DNA of 64,000 nucleotides from contig VJWM01000186.1 of the NCBI GenBank assembly GCA_010909165.1, positions 124,001 through 188,000 on the forward strand. Reading direction: 5' to 3'. A model generated the notes under the pieces. That model had not been told where the DNA came from, did no database searches, and worked only from the letters and a program-made list of their open reading frames with translations. Positions 61,930 through 64,000 of the stretch are shown one piece after another. A program made the position numbers and the translations under genes. The stretch comes from Anthoceros angustus. Taxonomy: Eukaryota; Plantae; Anthocerotophyta. Numbering within the stretch: the stretch's first letter is position 1; every line of letters begins with the position of its first letter.

Positions 61930-64000
61930 CTAAGGAGGTTTATGGAGTCGCGCTGGAGCGGTGTTCAAAGAGTGGTGTTCTCGAGGGTTTTGGAGCGGTG
62001 AGCAGTGTTCTCAAGGGTCTTCTATACATGGTCTTTTCCAAGGTCTTCTCCATGTCTTTTTCCAAGGCTCCCCAATATGATGCGGGGCCACCCAATCTGT
62101 GCCTATCAAGGACACCCCCTGCCCGGTCTGCTCTTAGCTTTGCTCTGGGGTCAAGGGGGTGAAATGTCACATTGGGCACAAGCACAAGGATTTCGACAAG
62201 AATACTTGGGAGGCACAAGTACGGCTTGCTTCTTCTTCCGGCGCAGCGGCTCACCCAATCCCTCTTTCGGCAGCCTCCCTTGGGCCACCGCCAGAGTCTT
62301 GGAAGTGGCTTTGGAGGTAGTCCAACCACCTGCTGGCGTTATTTCACACTCGTTTCCTGAGCCCCCGTCTTTTTCGGCGGCTCCCGAGGCGTCTTCACAA
62401 TGATGTTCGCCTTTCGTACCGCCTTCCATTGGATTGCCTTGCGGGGATGAGGAGGCTTGGACTCTTTTCCTTTTCCTTCCTAGGTGGTGTCTTCGGCGCT
62501 CTAGGGGCGGTTCTTCGGGCCATGGGGAGGTGGCTTCCCGCCTCTGCCGCTTTCGGGCAGGGGATTGGGAGGCTCTACAGGTGGAGGATCTTTGGGCGGC
62601 AAGATCTAGGTTAGGGATGGCCAAGGTTGACAAGGTTTGTCTGGACCCTGGTAAGGCGCGTCTTCGAAGGTGTCATACGTTGGGTCGGAATGGTGAGTAC
62701 GCACGGGCCGCTAGGGCTCTCCGCCCGGAGCCGGTGGTGCCGGCCTCCGAGGACACCATCGCTACGCTCCGTGCCCTTCATCCAGCCCCCAGTGACAGCA
62801 TTCCATAGGATACCTTCGACTTCATGCCCGAGGAGCTTTTTTGTCTAGACAGGGCGGTCTTTGGTCGGGCCCTCTCCACTGTCCCCCGGTCTGTCAAGGA
62901 CAGTTTATGAACACCTTCGAGATTATTTCTCCCCAGAGGATCCATCTAGTAGTTTTTCAGAGCTTTTCATTCTGGCGGTGGTTGTGGCCAGAGGCGAGGT
63001 CCCTCACAGGATCTCCCAGGGGCTTGCAGGTTACTAGTTTTGGAGAAACTTACATCGAGGGTGCGCCCTATTGCTGTCGGAGAGGTGTTCCTGCGCCTCA
63101 TCAGCCGTAGCATTGCGATTGAACTTCGGGAGCACCTTTGCCCCCACCAATTTGGGATTGCCATTCCAGAGGGTTGTGAGTCTATGGCCTTTGGTATCCA
63201 GGTGGTCCTCGAGTCTCACCCACATTGGGTTGCTCTACAAGTAGATGTCGAGAATGCCTTCAACACTGTGTTTAGGGCCGTCATTTTCTCGGAACTCAGG
63301 GATGCAGGTGGGTACCTAGCGGGCCTCTATGGATCTCCATCCAACTACTATCAACATGGTCCAGCTACGGGAGGCGTTTCGGTTCTCCACTCGGCGACGG
63401 GCAAAAGGCAAGGGGATCCATTACGAGGTGCCCTCTTCGCCATGGCGCACTTCAGGGCGCTGTCCTCCACAACCTCTGCAGTTTGGGAGTGCCTTTTCCC
63501 ATCTGTGGTTGACGATACCCATATCCTCGAGCGAGGGGACAAGGTGAGGCCTGCCTTTGATCTCTTCTCCTTGGAGCTCTCCCGTATGGTATTGAGGGTC
63601 AAGATCGATAAGTGCAGGGTGTGGTCCCCTTTCGGTAATACACCCCCTCTTCACTATCCAGGGGGGGGATATTATTTCTCCGCAAGGGCCTTGGGTCCTC
63701 GGAGTTCCACTGGGTCCCCCTGACTTTATTCAAGGGTTTGTGGACGTGGCTCTGGAAGAAGACGTGTCTCACATTGGGGACCTTTCACAAATTGGAGACC
63801 CTCAGGTTGCGTTTGGTATTTTGTCTTCCTGCTTTGCGCGTCAACCAGGTTATCTTACCAGGACGGTTGCTCCATCCCCGGCCTTTTTATCAAGCTTGAG
63901 ACAATTTGATAGGCAGGTTATGTAGGCTCTTGGGGGCATTATAGGTCCCGGCACCTTCGAATGCGCCGATGGTGACTTGGTGCGGAAACAGGCATCATTG
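61930..64000 (+). mobile_element. Second CRE-type non-LTR retrotransposon copy (runs off the window end)
   Basis: FLPRWCL..RL.RF.AGDWEAL, GEYARAARAL..LRALHP, VRPIAVGEVFLRL, HQFGIAIPEGCE, DVENAFN, QGDPL, VVDDTH; degenerate. Confidence 0.88.

Overview
Eukaryotic plant nuclear DNA. Short introns (~80-200 bp), tight gene packing and the TE families suggest a non-flowering land plant such as a hornwort or lycophyte (inference). There are four intact host genes: an intronless RH47/ISE1 DEAD-box helicase (-), head-to-head with a ~27-exon NOMO/nodal-modulator gene (+); a CCCH-RRM-LOTUS/OST-HTH-RING gene (-); and a type I vacuolar H+-PPase (+). About 70% of the window is nested transposons. These are: a degenerate intron-containing Sola/DUF7869-like transposase; an old Ty3/gypsy remnant split by a solo LTR; a CRE-type RLE non-LTR element split by a complete 11.4-kb CACTA element carrying an extra ORF; a second CRE-type copy at the right edge; and an Athila-like Ty3/gypsy element. 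The Athila-like element appears circularly permuted (one genome equivalent, one LTR equivalent, 127-bp terminal redundancy) and hosts a three-LTR tandem Ty1/copia with TG..TA LTRs and extra ORFs. No rRNA, tRNA or CRISPR features were seen. Family assignments come from remembered motifs, not database searches.
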